This document shows positions 9,352 to 18,247 of a stretch of 64,000 nt of DNA, piece by piece. Origin of the DNA: an uncultured Acidobacteriota bacterium (GTDB taxonomy: Bacteria; Acidobacteriota; Thermoanaerobaculia; Multivoradales; UBA5704); NCBI GenBank assembly GCA_963799925.1, contig CAWCYZ010000004.1:903445-967444 (forward strand), in the 5' to 3' direction. Numbering within the stretch: the first letter of the stretch is position 1; each line of letters begins with the position of its first letter. Both the position numbers and the translations under genes were made by a program. The notes under the pieces are model-generated. The model made no database searches. It had not been told where the DNA came from and saw nothing but the letters and a program-made list of their open reading frames with translations.

Positions 9352-10998
9352 ATGACGGAGGATCTCCGCCGGGCGGCCGCCGCCGCGGCGACCGCCGGCG
9401 CGCCCGCCGAGCGCCCGGCGCGGGCCGCCGCGACGCTGGTCGCCGCCGGCATCCTGCTGTCGCGGCTCTCCGGCTTCGTCCGCCAGCGGGTGTTCGCCCA
9501 CTACTTCGGGACGAGCGACGCCGGCGACGTCTTCTCGGCGGCGCTGCGCATCCCCAACCTGCTGCAGAACCTCTTCGGCGAGGGGGTGCTCTCGGCCTCG
9601 TTCATCCCCGTCTACGCCGCGCTCCTCGGCCAGGGCAAGCGCGAGGAGGCGGGGCGGGTGGCGGGGGTGGTCGCCGCGGTGCTCTCGCTTGTCGTCGGCG
9701 CGCTGGTGCTCTTGGGCGTCGTCGCGACGCCGTGGCTGATCCCTCTCATCGCGGCCGGATTTCCCGCCGCCAAGCAGGCCGCGACCGTCCGCGTCGTCCG
9801 CATCCTCTTCCCCGGCGTCGGCCTCCTCGTGCTCTCCGCCTGGTGCCTGGGGATCCTCAACAGCCATCGCCGCTTCTTCCTCTCCTACGCCGCGCCGGTG
9901 GTGTGGAGCGGGGCGATGATCGCCGCCATGCTCGCCTTCGGCCACGGCGCGCCGCTCTACCGGCTGGCGGCGATCGTGGCGGCAGCCGCGACCATCGGCT
10001 CGGCTCTCCAGATCGCCGTGCAGCTGCCGACCGTGCTCCGCCTGGTGCCGCGCCTGCGCCTGTCGCTCGACACCCGCTCGGGCGCCGTGCGGGAGATCTA
10101 CCGCAACTTCGTGCCGGTCGTGATGTCGCGCGGCGTGGTGCAGATCAGCGCCTACGTCGACGGCTGGCTGGCGAGCTTCCTGGGCACCGGCGCGGTCGTC
10201 GGCTTCGGCTACGCGCAGCTCCTCTACACCCTGCCGGTCTCCCTCTTCGGGATGTCGGTCTCGGCCTCGGAGCTGCCGGAGATGTCGCGCGCCCAGGGCG
10301 ACCCGGCGGCGGTCGCCGACTACCTGCGCCGGCGGCTCGGCTCCGGCCTGCGGCGGATCGCCTTCCTCGTCGTCCCCTCGGCGGTCGCCTTCCTCGCCCT
10401 GGGCGACGTGCTCGCCGCCGCCGTCTACCAGACCGGCAGGTTCCGCCACCAGGACGCGCTCTACGTCTGGGCGATCCTCGCCGGCTCGGGCGTCGGCCTC
10501 CTCGCCTCGACTCTCGGGCGCCTCTACTCCTCGACCTTCTACGCCCTGCGCGACACCCGGACGCCGCTGCGCTACGCGGTGGTGCGGGTCGCCCTCACCA
10601 CCGGCCTCGGCTGGTTCTGCGCCCTGGTGCTGCCCGGCCTCCTGGGCCTCGACGCCCGCTGGGGGGCCGCCGGCCTCACCGCCTCGGCCGGCGTCGCCGG
10701 CTGGGTCGAGTTCGCGCTCCTCGCCCGCGGCCTCGGCCGCCGCATCGGCCGCACCGACCTCCCCGCCTCCTTCATCGCTCGCCTGTGGCTCGCCGGGGGC
10801 CTCGCCGCCGCCCTCGCCTGGGGGGCGAAGCTCGGGATCGGCGCCCTGGGTACCACGGCTGCGGCGGGCGCCGCCCATCCGCTGCTCGCCGGCGCCGTCA
10901 TCCTCGGCCTCTACGGCGCCGCCTACTTCGCCGCCGCCGCGGCGCTCGGCCTCCCCGAGGCGCGGGCGATGCTCTCCCGGCTGCCCGGCCGGCGCTAG
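9352..10998 (+). CDS. murJ: lipid II flippase MurJ (MviN family)
   Basis: 548-aa polytopic ORF with the characteristic N-terminus LLSRLSGFVRQRVFAHYFGTSDAGDVFSAALRIPNLLQNLFGEGVLSASFIPVYA. Confidence 0.85.
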   Translation: MTEDLRRAAAAAATAGAPAERPARAAATLVAAGILLSRLSGFVRQRVFAHYFGTSDAGDVFSAALRIPNLLQNLFGEGVLSASFIPVYAALLGQGKREEAGRVAGVVAAVLSLVVGALVLLGVVATPWLIPLIAAGFPAAKQAATVRVVRILFPGVGLLVLSAWCLGILNSHRRFFLSYAAPVVWSGAMIAAMLAFGHGAPLYRLAAIVAAAATIGSALQIAVQLPTVLRLVPRLRLSLDTRSGAVREIYRNFVPVVMSRGVVQISAYVDGWLASFLGTGAVVGFGYAQLLYTLPVSLFGMSVSASELPEMSRAQGDPAAVADYLRRRLGSGLRRIAFLVVPSAVAFLALGDVLAAAVYQTGRFRHQDALYVWAILAGSGVGLLASTLGRLYSSTFYALRDTRTPLRYAVVRVALTTGLGWFCALVLPGLLGLDARWGAAGLTASAGVAGWVEFALLARGLGRRIGRTDLPASFIARLWLAGGLAAALAWGAKLGIGALGTTAAAGAAHPLLAGAVILGLYGAAYFAAAAALGLPEARAMLSRLPGRR

Positions 10999-11011
10999 CC
11001 CGGCCGCGCCG

Positions 11012-13465
11012 CTACTCGAGCCGCTCGAGGGCGGCGCGGGGGTCGATGCGCGCCGCGCGGGCGGCGGGGAGGTAGCTCGCGAAGAGCATCGCCAGGACGA
11101 GGACGAGGGGCGCCGCGGCGAAGGCGAGCGGGTCGCGCGGGCTCACCTCGAAGAGGACCGACGCCATCCAGCCGCTCGCCGCGGCGGCCGCGGCGAGGCC
11201 CGCGGCGAGGCCGCAGGCGGTCGTCAGGAGCGCCTCGCGGAGGATCATCCAGCGGATCCGCCGGCCGTCGGCCCCCATCGCCATGCGGATGCCGATCTCG
11301 GCGGTCCGCAGCCCCACGAGGTAGGAGACGAAGCCGTAGAGCCCGACGGCGCCGAGGGCGAGGGCGATGGCGGTCGCGAGGAGGACCATCAGGGCCGAGA
11401 ACTCGAAGCGCGAGCGCGCCCGGTGGAGCAGCTCGGCGAGCGTGCGGACGTTCGCCACCGGCAGGTCCGGCGCCACCGCGGCGAGCTCGCGGCGGATGGC
11501 CGGGGCGAGCGATTCCGGCGGCACGCGGGTGCGCACGGCGAGGGTCATCTGGCGCGCCGTCCACTCGCCGGGCTTCATCGCCAGCACCGGGTAGTAGACC
11601 TGCTCCTCGGCCGTGGTGTCGGTCAGCTCGCGCTGGCGGATGTTGCCGGCGACGCCGACGATCGTGTACCAGGGATCGCCGGCGCGGGGGGTCTTCCTCT
11701 CCGGCCGCAGCCGGTGGCCGAGCGGGCTCTGGTGCGGCCAGTAGTGCCGCGCCACGGCCTCGCTCACCACCGCCGCGCCGGTGCGCCGCTCGGCGTCGGC
11801 GGGCTCGAGGCCGCGCCCGGCGAGGAGCGGGATGCCCATCGCCCGGAGGTAGCCCGCGGTGACGTACTGGTAGCCGAGGACCGCCGGCAGGGCCTTCGGC
11901 GGGCGCGGGAAGTCGGCGAAGCCGTGGCCGGCGACCGCGTCGCGGGTGAGCGGCAGGGTGGAGGTGGCGCCCGCCGCCGCCACGCCCGGCAGGGCGGCGA
12001 TCCGCGCCAGCGCCGCCGCCAGGCAGCGCGCCACCGAGATGTCGTCCGGGTACTCGGCCGGCGGCAGGGCGAGCTCGAGGGTGAGGACGTCCCGGGCGTC
12101 GAAGCCCGGATCGACCTGCGCCAGGCGGCGGAAGCTCTCGACCATCAGGCTGGCGCCGATCAGGAGCACCACGGCGAGCGCCATCTGCAGGCCGACCAGC
12201 ACCTGGCGCAGGCGCTGCCGGCGGCGCCCGGCGCTCATCGCCCGCCCGCCCGCCTTGAGCTCGGCGCCGAGCTCCACCCGCCGGCTGGCGCGCCAGGCTG
12301 GGGCGAGGCCGAAGAGCAGGCTGGTCAGCAGGGCGAGGGCGACGGCGAAGGCGAGGGTGCGGCCGTCGAGGGCGGGGGGCGCGAGCCGCTGGAGGGCGGG
12401 GGGGCGCAGGGCGGCGAGCAGGCGCAGGCCGCCCCAGGCGAGGGCGATGCCCGCCGCTCCCGCCGCGAGGCCGATGAGGAGGCTCTCGGCGAGCACGCCG
12501 CCGAGGAGCGCCCGGCGCGGCGCCCCCAGCGCGGCGTGGATCGCGAGCTCGCGCTGGCGCCCCTCGCCGCGCACGATGAGGAGGTTGGCGACGTTGGCGC
12601 AGGCGATGGCGAGGATGCAGCCGACGGCGCCGAGCAGGACCCACAGCACCGCGCCGAGGTCGCCCACCTGCTGGTCGCGCAGCGAGCGCACGATCGGCGC
12701 GAAGCGGGCGTTGACGAGGAGCGTCGCGACGGCGCTCGGCACCCAGCGGTCGAGGGAGCGGGTCAGCCGCTCGAGGTCGGCCGCCGCGGCCTGCTGCGAG
12801 GCGCCCGGCGCCAGGCGACCGACGGCGTCGTCGTTCAGCAGGGCGAGCGAGGTCCGCGCCGGATCGAGCCGCCGCGGCAGCCAGAGGGCGGTGTCGGGCT
12901 GCGGGAAGGCGAAGCCCGCGGGCATGACGCCGATCACCTCGGTGGGCACGCCGTCGATCCTGAGCAGCCGGCCGAGCGCCCGCCGGCCGCCCAGCTCGCG
13001 GGCGAGGTCGCCGCCGAGCACCGCGACCGCCGGTCCGCCCGGCCGCTCGTCGGCCGGCGCGAACCAGCGCCCGAGGCGCGGCGGCACCCCGAGCACGGCG
13101 GCGAGCGAGGCCGTCGCGGTGGCCGCCGGCACCCGCCGCGGCGGCGCGGCCGCGGCGCCGCCGAGGTTGACGTCGCCGGCGCGGTAGAGGGCGAGGTCGG
13201 CCAGGGCGCGCCGGTGGCCGCGGTAGAGGAGATAGGTGCCGTCCGACAGCCCCACCTCGGGGAGGCCGAGGCCGGGGACGGTGTGGCCGATCCAGACCAG
13301 GCGCTCCGCCCGCGGATAGGGGAGCGGCCGCAGGAGCACGGCGTCGAGGAGGCTGAAGACGGCGGTGTCGGCGCCGATCCCCACCGCCAGGGTGAGGACG
13401 CAGAGCGCCGTGAAGCCGGGCGCCCGCGCCAGGCCGCGGGCGGCGCGGCGGATCAGCCGCGGCAC
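11012..13465 (-). CDS. ADOP-family duplicated FtsX/MacB-like ABC permease
   Basis: 817-aa ORF. It has an N-terminal TM helix (FTALCVLTLAVGIGADTAVFSLLDAVLLRPLPY), two MacB-type periplasmic regions and two FtsX 4-helix bundles (CANVANLLIVRGEGRQRELAIHAALGA... and SYLVGLRTAEIGIRMAMGA...). Confidence 0.85.
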   Translation of the reverse strand: MPRLIRRAARGLARAPGFTALCVLTLAVGIGADTAVFSLLDAVLLRPLPYPRAERLVWIGHTVPGLGLPEVGLSDGTYLLYRGHRRALADLALYRAGDVNLGGAAAAPPRRVPAATATASLAAVLGVPPRLGRWFAPADERPGGPAVAVLGGDLARELGGRRALGRLLRIDGVPTEVIGVMPAGFAFPQPDTALWLPRRLDPARTSLALLNDDAVGRLAPGASQQAAAADLERLTRSLDRWVPSAVATLLVNARFAPIVRSLRDQQVGDLGAVLWVLLGAVGCILAIACANVANLLIVRGEGRQRELAIHAALGAPRRALLGGVLAESLLIGLAAGAAGIALAWGGLRLLAALRPPALQRLAPPALDGRTLAFAVALALLTSLLFGLAPAWRASRRVELGAELKAGGRAMSAGRRRQRLRQVLVGLQMALAVVLLIGASLMVESFRRLAQVDPGFDARDVLTLELALPPAEYPDDISVARCLAAALARIAALPGVAAAGATSTLPLTRDAVAGHGFADFPRPPKALPAVLGYQYVTAGYLRAMGIPLLAGRGLEPADAERRTGAAVVSEAVARHYWPHQSPLGHRLRPERKTPRAGDPWYTIVGVAGNIRQRELTDTTAEEQVYYPVLAMKPGEWTARQMTLAVRTRVPPESLAPAIRRELAAVAPDLPVANVRTLAELLHRARSRFEFSALMVLLATAIALALGAVGLYGFVSYLVGLRTAEIGIRMAMGADGRRIRWMILREALLTTACGLAAGLAAAAAASGWMASVLFEVSPRDPLAFAAAPLVLVLAMLFASYLPAARAARIDPRAALERLE

Positions 13466-13619
13466 GCGCGCCCCCGCGGCGCCAGGCGATCGCGGCGGGC
13501 GCCGATCGGAAGGTAGCGGGCTCGGTCCCGGCTCCCCATGATCTCCACTATACGGCGTCGGCGCGGGCCGCGGGAGCCCGTCCGGCGTCCCCGCCCTCGG
13601 TGCCGGGTCCGCCGGTGCC

Positions 13620-13705
13620 GCCCATGCCGGGCGAGCTTGCCTGCGTTAATCATCTCAAGCTAAAGTTCTGCTTCGCTGTCCCGACGGCAAGGGACCTTTT
13701 CGAGG
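13620..13705. repeat. direct repeat A (~86 bp) bracketing the lower-G+C island
   Basis: gcccatgccgggcgagcttgcctgcgttaatcatctcaagctaaagttctgcttcgctgtcccgacggcaagggaccttttcgagg recurs at 18156..18243 with only a few mismatches, in the same orientation. Confidence 0.9.
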
Positions 13706-13825
13706 TGTCCGCGAAACCGGGGCAAGGCCAGACAGTCCTCCTGGGGAACCTCGCTCCTCATTCTTTGCGCCCGCGAAGAGCACTTGTTCCCTCGCGGATT
13801 GGATCCCTGGCGGTTGATCGTGTCC

Positions 13826-14134
13826 TCACTTAAGCCCGACTGTGCAGCATTGCGCCGTGATGTTCTGAACACTGACGCCGACTCCTGTCACTACTTCAGT
13901 CGCCTGATTGCATGGGGTGAGGGGGATGAGACCAGGAGTTCCGTAGCGTGCGTCGACAGACCGACAATTCGTGAGCGTCACGACTGAAGGAACCTTTTGC
14001 TGTTCCAGAGCAGTAACCTTCGCCTCAAGCACTTCGACCCGCTTTTCAAGCGACGAATCTGAGCGAGGATTTGCGGTAAGCATCGCTGCTGCCAGTACCG
14101 CGATCAGCAGAATCATCCACTTAGCAGAACGCAT
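13826..14134 (-). CDS. small secreted protein, unknown function
   Basis: Within ORF 13826..14146. MRSAKWMILLIAVLAAAMLTA is a signal-peptide-like N-terminus, followed by a short coiled-coil-like KRVEVLEAKVTALEQQK and a Cys-containing tail. It lies in the lower-G+C sequence. Confidence 0.5.
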   Translation of the reverse strand: MRSAKWMILLIAVLAAAMLTANPRSDSSLEKRVEVLEAKVTALEQQKVPSVVTLTNCRSVDARYGTPGLIPLTPCNQATEVVTGVGVSVQNITAQCCTVGLK

Positions 14135-14202
14135 GTTACCCTCCAATCCTTAGAGCACTGGCAGCCTCAATTGGTTAACCAGCGTCTTCCTTAGGCGGGT
14201 AT

Positions 14203-15252
14203 CTAGGTTCCTGGTGCGATTGTAGTCCCCTCTGGGTTTGCATTGGCATGTTCCGCTACTGTCACCGGTTGCTGGGCCATCCCTAATGCGCCTTTTGAGG
14301 ATGCAGACGCACTGGTCGCAAGGAACCTTAAATACTCTGAAACAGTGTTAGCCGTAGCAACCATCCCAGGCGCAGCGGGAGCGTTGAAGGCTTTCAACCA
14401 CCGGAGTAACCTGGGCATTGCAAGATCGGTCACTGCTTGAAAAGCCGATCGAACCTGCCGATGAGCTGGCAGAGCAAGTTTGTAAAAAATAAACCAGACT
14501 ATAAGGCCTCCTGCCAAGCCCCACCAGTCGAAGCTCGCAGGCGGGGTGAGATGAATGAAGACCTTCCCAGTCAAAGCACCTGCGGCCCTGCCAAACAGCG
14601 AGCACAGAGCGACGACGGCAACCAGGGCTCCAGTCGCCGATGTTAGGACTAGGCTCTCGGCGAAAGCCACTTTTTCCTCGTACTCCTTACGAGCTGCATC
14701 GGGAGCCAAGATTAAGAGATGGAACCAGAAGAAGAGTCCGTCGATGCCATAGCGAGTCTCTGGATAGCTCTCGTAGCCGTCTATGATGTTGCCGAGGATT
14801 GTCGGCCTATCGACAACATATGTTGGCCGTCCATTTCTCAGCTTGACAGGGAAGTCTTTCAAGAAGCCAGTTAACCTGTCTGCCTTATTCTTTTCCTTCT
14901 CCGAAAATTGCTCATAGGTTCGGTCGTTGCCCTTGGCGTCCGTATAGAGTGAGTTCAGCTTCTCTCGGGCTGTCTTTTTCCTGTGCGCGTTAAGTTTCAA
15001 AGCAGGCCACGTCAACCAAGAGAACCTAAACCCCTCGTAGACATAGAAAATAGGAAGTATCGAGCTGCTGATCAATAAGCCCAAAAAGGCCGCTTCAACC
15101 AACAGTACGATAAGCTCAGTGACACCGTAAGAACGACTTACTGACAGCAGCCGCTCGCCAAAGTAGGGGTGAAAGTAAAGCACGGCCACTGCGCCAGGAA
15201 GGACGACCCGACGCAGAAGGTTGCTGCTCAGATTGTCACTCACATCTTCCAC
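14203..15252 (-). CDS. multi-pass membrane protein, unknown function (island cargo)
   Basis: 349-aa ORF with ordinary amino-acid composition in the lower-G+C DNA. It has at least 5 hydrophobic helices and a soluble loop containing PTILGNIIDGYESYPETRYGIDGLFFWFHLLILAP. I do not recognise a family. Confidence 0.7.
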   Translation of the reverse strand: MEDVSDNLSSNLLRRVVLPGAVAVLYFHPYFGERLLSVSRSYGVTELIVLLVEAAFLGLLISSSILPIFYVYEGFRFSWLTWPALKLNAHRKKTAREKLNSLYTDAKGNDRTYEQFSEKEKNKADRLTGFLKDFPVKLRNGRPTYVVDRPTILGNIIDGYESYPETRYGIDGLFFWFHLLILAPDAARKEYEEKVAFAESLVLTSATGALVAVVALCSLFGRAAGALTGKVFIHLTPPASFDWWGLAGGLIVWFIFYKLALPAHRQVRSAFQAVTDLAMPRLLRWLKAFNAPAAPGMVATANTVSEYLRFLATSASASSKGALGMAQQPVTVAEHANANPEGTTIAPGT

Positions 15253-15257
15253 GACTT

Positions 15258-15443
15258 TTAGTCGGGTAAGATTCCTTTAGTGACGGGCGATTTCTCTGGG
15301 TGCTTCGGTCCCTCTAGCCAATCCACATCTGATTTCCGATTGATATCGAAGTCGAGCAGATCGTCCTTACTAGCGTTACCATCAAGGTTTACAAAGTTGC
15401 CGCGATCCTCCGACTCGTTCTCACTTCCCTCGCGCTCGCGCAT
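15258..15443 (-). CDS. small acidic protein (61 aa), unknown function
   Basis: ORF 15258..15443 ends 5 nt before the start of the 349-aa membrane protein on the same strand. The sequence is highly acidic (MREREGSENESEDRGNFVNLDGNASKDDLLDFDINRKSDVDWLEG...). Confidence 0.45.
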   Translation of the reverse strand: MREREGSENESEDRGNFVNLDGNASKDDLLDFDINRKSDVDWLEGPKHPEKSPVTKGILPD

Positions 15444-15590
15444 TTGCTTCCTCCCTTTGGGCCATAGGTCCTGGCGTTTGTTTGAAACCGGTCAACCTCT
15501 TTTCCACAGAGCAAAGTACAGGAACCTGGAGGCCGGTGTCCAGTAACCCTATGTCAAAATGCGCATGCGTCCCGACGCCGCCGGAACCTG

Positions 15591-16092
15591 TCAACGACTT
15601 TGAGACAGTTCCTTCGTTGCAATTAAGGAATCCTGCCCCGGCGGCGGCTTTGGGGGATTGATCCACGCGGCTTCCGGTGGTGCTTTGGGATGAGGCGGCC
15701 CCTGGGGAAAGCGTTCGGAGTGTTTCGCATAGGCTTCAGCTAAGGCCTTGGCTCGATGCTCGAGCACCTGCTGAACTCGGCCATAGTGGACAGCCTCGGG
15801 CGTCAGCAAGGCGAGTCCAGAATGGTGATGTTGGGTGTTGTACCCGGCGAAGAACGATTGGCAGAAGGCTCGGGCATCTTGGAGCGAGCCGAAGCGATGC
15901 GGGAAGGTGGGGCAGTACTTGAGCGTCTTGGAGTGAGCCTCGGAGTAGGGGTTGTCATCGCTGGTATGAGGTCGGCTGTGGCTCTTGAGAACGCCCAGAT
16001 TGGCCAGCAGCAGCGCCAAATCCTTTGGAGGTCATGACGGCGCCGCGATCGGCATGGATGGTGAGCTGGCGGCGCGGGACCTGCTGTCGTTG
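15591..16092 (-). pseudogene. IS3 transposase OrfB, C-terminal part (rve/DDE domain), separated from the rest by the IS200 insertion
   Basis: ORF 15591..16019 gives ALLLANLGVLKSHSRPHTSDDNPYSEAHSKTLKYCPTFPHRFGSLQDARAFCQSFFAGYNTQHHHSGL. The upstream 16020..16092 reads QLTIHADRGAVMTSKG in another frame, which implies a 1-nt frameshift. Confidence 0.8.
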
Positions 16093-16712
16093 AATTAAAA
16101 AGCAATCCCCCGGCTTTGCCGGGGGACTCCTAAAGTTTGACGTTTCCGGGAACAGGCGACAGAACTCCCTCTCGTGAACCGCTCAAGGTCTTCCGAGAGG
16201 GAGTCAGATGGACAACAACGAAGCCTAAGCCACACGAGATGGGAGTGCAAGTTCCACGTAGTGTTCATCCCGAAGTACCGTCGCAGGGCGCTGTACGCCG
16301 AGCTACGGCAACACCTTGGGGAGGTATTCCGAGAACTCGCGGCGCAGAGGCAGAGCCGCATCGAAGAAGGACACCTGCTCAGCGACCATGTCCATATGCT
16401 GATCTCGATTCCCCCGAAGTACGCGGTGGCGCAGGTGGTGGGCTACCTCAAGGGGAAGAGCGCGATCCATGTCGCCAGGTCGTACGTCGGGAAGCGGCGA
16501 GATTTCCGGGGCCAGCACTTCTGGGCGCGAGGGTACTTCGTTTCAACCGTAGGTCGAGACGAGCAAGCAGTGCGCCAGTACATCCAGCAGCAGGAGGTCG
16601 AAGACCGGAGGCTCGATCAGTTGCAACTTCTATCGTAGCCGCCTTTAGGCGGCTCAGGATTCAAACCGCTTTGAGCGGTTCACATCTTTCAAGCCTCCGG
16701 CTTTGCCGGAGG
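16093..16712 (+). mobile_element. IS200/IS605-family element inserted in the IS3 transposase gene
   Basis: It carries a Y1 HUH transposase gene flanked by subterminal hairpins: cccccggctttgccggggg at the left; gccgcctttaggcggc, aaccgctttgagcggtt and cctccggctttgccggagg at the right. IS3 coding similarity stops and resumes exactly at its edges. Confidence 0.8.
16174..16638 (+). CDS. tnpA: IS200/IS605-family transposase TnpA (Y1 HUH)
   Basis: 154-aa ORF with SLSHTRWECKFHVVFIPKYRRRALY, the HUH motif HVHMLISIPPKY, and the catalytic Tyr region ARGYFVSTVG. Confidence 0.9.
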   Translation: MNRSRSSERESDGQQRSLSHTRWECKFHVVFIPKYRRRALYAELRQHLGEVFRELAAQRQSRIEEGHLLSDHVHMLISIPPKYAVAQVVGYLKGKSAIHVARSYVGKRRDFRGQHFWARGYFVSTVGRDEQAVRQYIQQQEVEDRRLDQLQLLS

Positions 16713-17771
16713 TATCTGACTGGTTTCGGCCAGGAGCCGGTTGGCCAGGCTCTGGGCCTCTCGCTCGGCCAGCAGCCAACCGACGACGTAGCGGCTGAAG
16801 ATGTCGAGCACGACGTAGAGGCTGTAGTAGAGCCCCTTGGCTGGGCCGCGCAGCTTGGTGATATCCCAGGACCAGACCTGGTTGGGTGCCGTCGCCAGCA
16901 GCTCAGGCTTGCTGTACGCGGGATGCCGGAGCTGGTTTCTGCGCTCACGGACTTCTTGTTGACTCTGCAAGAGGCGGTACATTGTGCGTTCCGAGCAGAG
17001 ATAGGTGGCCTCCTCGAGAAGAGCGGCGTAGACCTGAGCTGGAGCGGCATCGACAAAGCGATTGGAGTGCAGCAGATCCAGGACCTGCTGGCGCTCCGCC
17101 TCGGAAAGCCTGCGCGGTGATGCCGGGCGGGGGCGAGTCACCGCCGGCGGTTTGGCTGGGTTGCGCCGCCGGCGGTAGAACGAGGAGCGGGACACATCCA
17201 GAGCTCGGCAGGCCGTCTGGAAGCCCACGGTGCTTGCCAGCTGCTCGACCCCATCCATTAGCCGGTCCTCTCCGGGTCGGGTGCGGTCAGAGTGATCCCC
17301 AGGATCTCGGAGACTTTTTTTTTGGATTTCGATGACGGTTTCGGCTTGTTTCAGCTTGCGCCGCAGACGCTCATTCTCCCGCTCGAGCTCCTTGGCTCGG
17401 TGGTAGAGCGGCGTTGCGGGATCGGGCTTACGACCGCGCTGGCGAGGCGCGCTTTCTACCAAGCCTCCTTCGTCGCGCAGCTTGCGCCACTTGCTCAGAT
17501 GAGAGCCGTAGAGCCCTTCCCGGCGCAGTAGCGCCCCGATATCCGCCGAGCTGCGACACTCCTCGGCTTGTTTGACGATCTCCAGCTTGTAGGCGACCGT
17601 AAACCGCCGCCGTTGCGCCTTGGGCTCCACCTCGGGATTGACCGGCCGCAGGGCCAACACTTCGATCGAACGCGTGGCGGCGGGGCGAGTTCCGGTCGCC
17701 CTCCGGGCTCCCTCCACTCCCCCCGCCGCCCCTCTCCCGTCCTGCCAATGGCTTGGCTTACTTGCTGACAT
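16713..17771 (-). CDS. IS3 transposase, OrfA (HTH) fused in frame to the N-terminal part of OrfB
   Basis: ORF 16689..17771 gives RRRFTVAYKLEIVKQAEE...LLRREGLYGSHLSKWRKL...leucine-zipper-like ELERENERLRRKLKQAETVIEIQKK, then ACRALDVSRSSFYRRR...NQVWSWDITKL...YLYVVLDIFSRYVVGW. The last ~8 codons read into the IS200 end. Confidence 0.85.
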
Positions 17772-17838
17772 CGAGCATTGTCCCCTTCTCGCCCTTCCCT
17801 ATTTACCTAGGGTACTTCTGTCTCACCGTACATTGGCA

Positions 17839-18082
17839 GAGTGGGGCCGTCCCGGCGCCCCATCATCTCGGTGTGGAACCGGCTCTTCGGCCTGCCGGAG
17901 CGGCTCTCCATCACCCCCCAGGAGCGGGTGGGGCCCGCGAAGTACCTGTCCGGCTCGAAACGGGGCGCGGCCCCGGCGAAGCTCTCCGGCGTGAGAGTAC
18001 GGCAGCCGGCGCTCAGGAGGGTGACCGCCGCCAGGGCGGCGCAGGCGAGCGAATGAACTGCTGGGCGAGCCGTAATTTTCAT
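17839..18082 (-). pseudogene. lipoprotein gene (DUF3833-like) truncated by the IS3 insertion
   Basis: ORF 17807..18082 gives MKITARPAVHSLACAALAAVTLLSAGC (a lipobox), then FEPDRYFAGPTRSWGVMESRSGRPKSRFHTEMMG. The reading frame runs into the IS3 terminus at ~17838. The DNA is high-G+C, like the host. Confidence 0.6.
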
Positions 18083-18155
18083 GATCCCACCTTGTCCGAG
18101 GGTCGGAAGCGCGAGCCTGGTCCGGCCCGGCGACCTCTCCCTGCTGCAAGGCGCT

Positions 18156-18243
18156 GCCCATGCCGGGCGAGCTTGCCTGCGTTAATCATCTCAAACTAAA
18201 GTTCTGCTTCGCTGTCCCGACGGCACGGGACCTTTCTCGGAGG
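18156..18243. repeat. direct repeat B (~88 bp), partner of 13620..13705
   Basis: gcccatgccgggcgagcttgcctgcgttaatcatctcaaactaaagttctgcttcgctgtcccgacggcacgggacctttctcggagg. It ends 5 nt before the GTG start of the glycosyltransferase gene. Confidence 0.9.
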
Positions 18244-18247
18244 CGAA

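Larger units (their letters stand above)
15589..17838 (-). mobile_element. IS3-family insertion sequence, disrupted by a nested IS200/IS605 element
   Basis: The transposase is split into 16713..17771 and 15591..16092. Imperfect terminal inverted repeats begin TG and end CA (tgtcaacgactttgagacag at 15589; ctgtctcaccgtacattggca ending at 17838). The boundaries are approximate. Confidence 0.75.

Noticed and set aside
13453-13653. 66-aa ORF (MINAGKLARHG...) overlapping direct repeat A
   Set aside because: It is arginine-rich nonsense, and the corresponding frame in repeat B is not conserved as an ORF. The repeat is better treated as non-coding.
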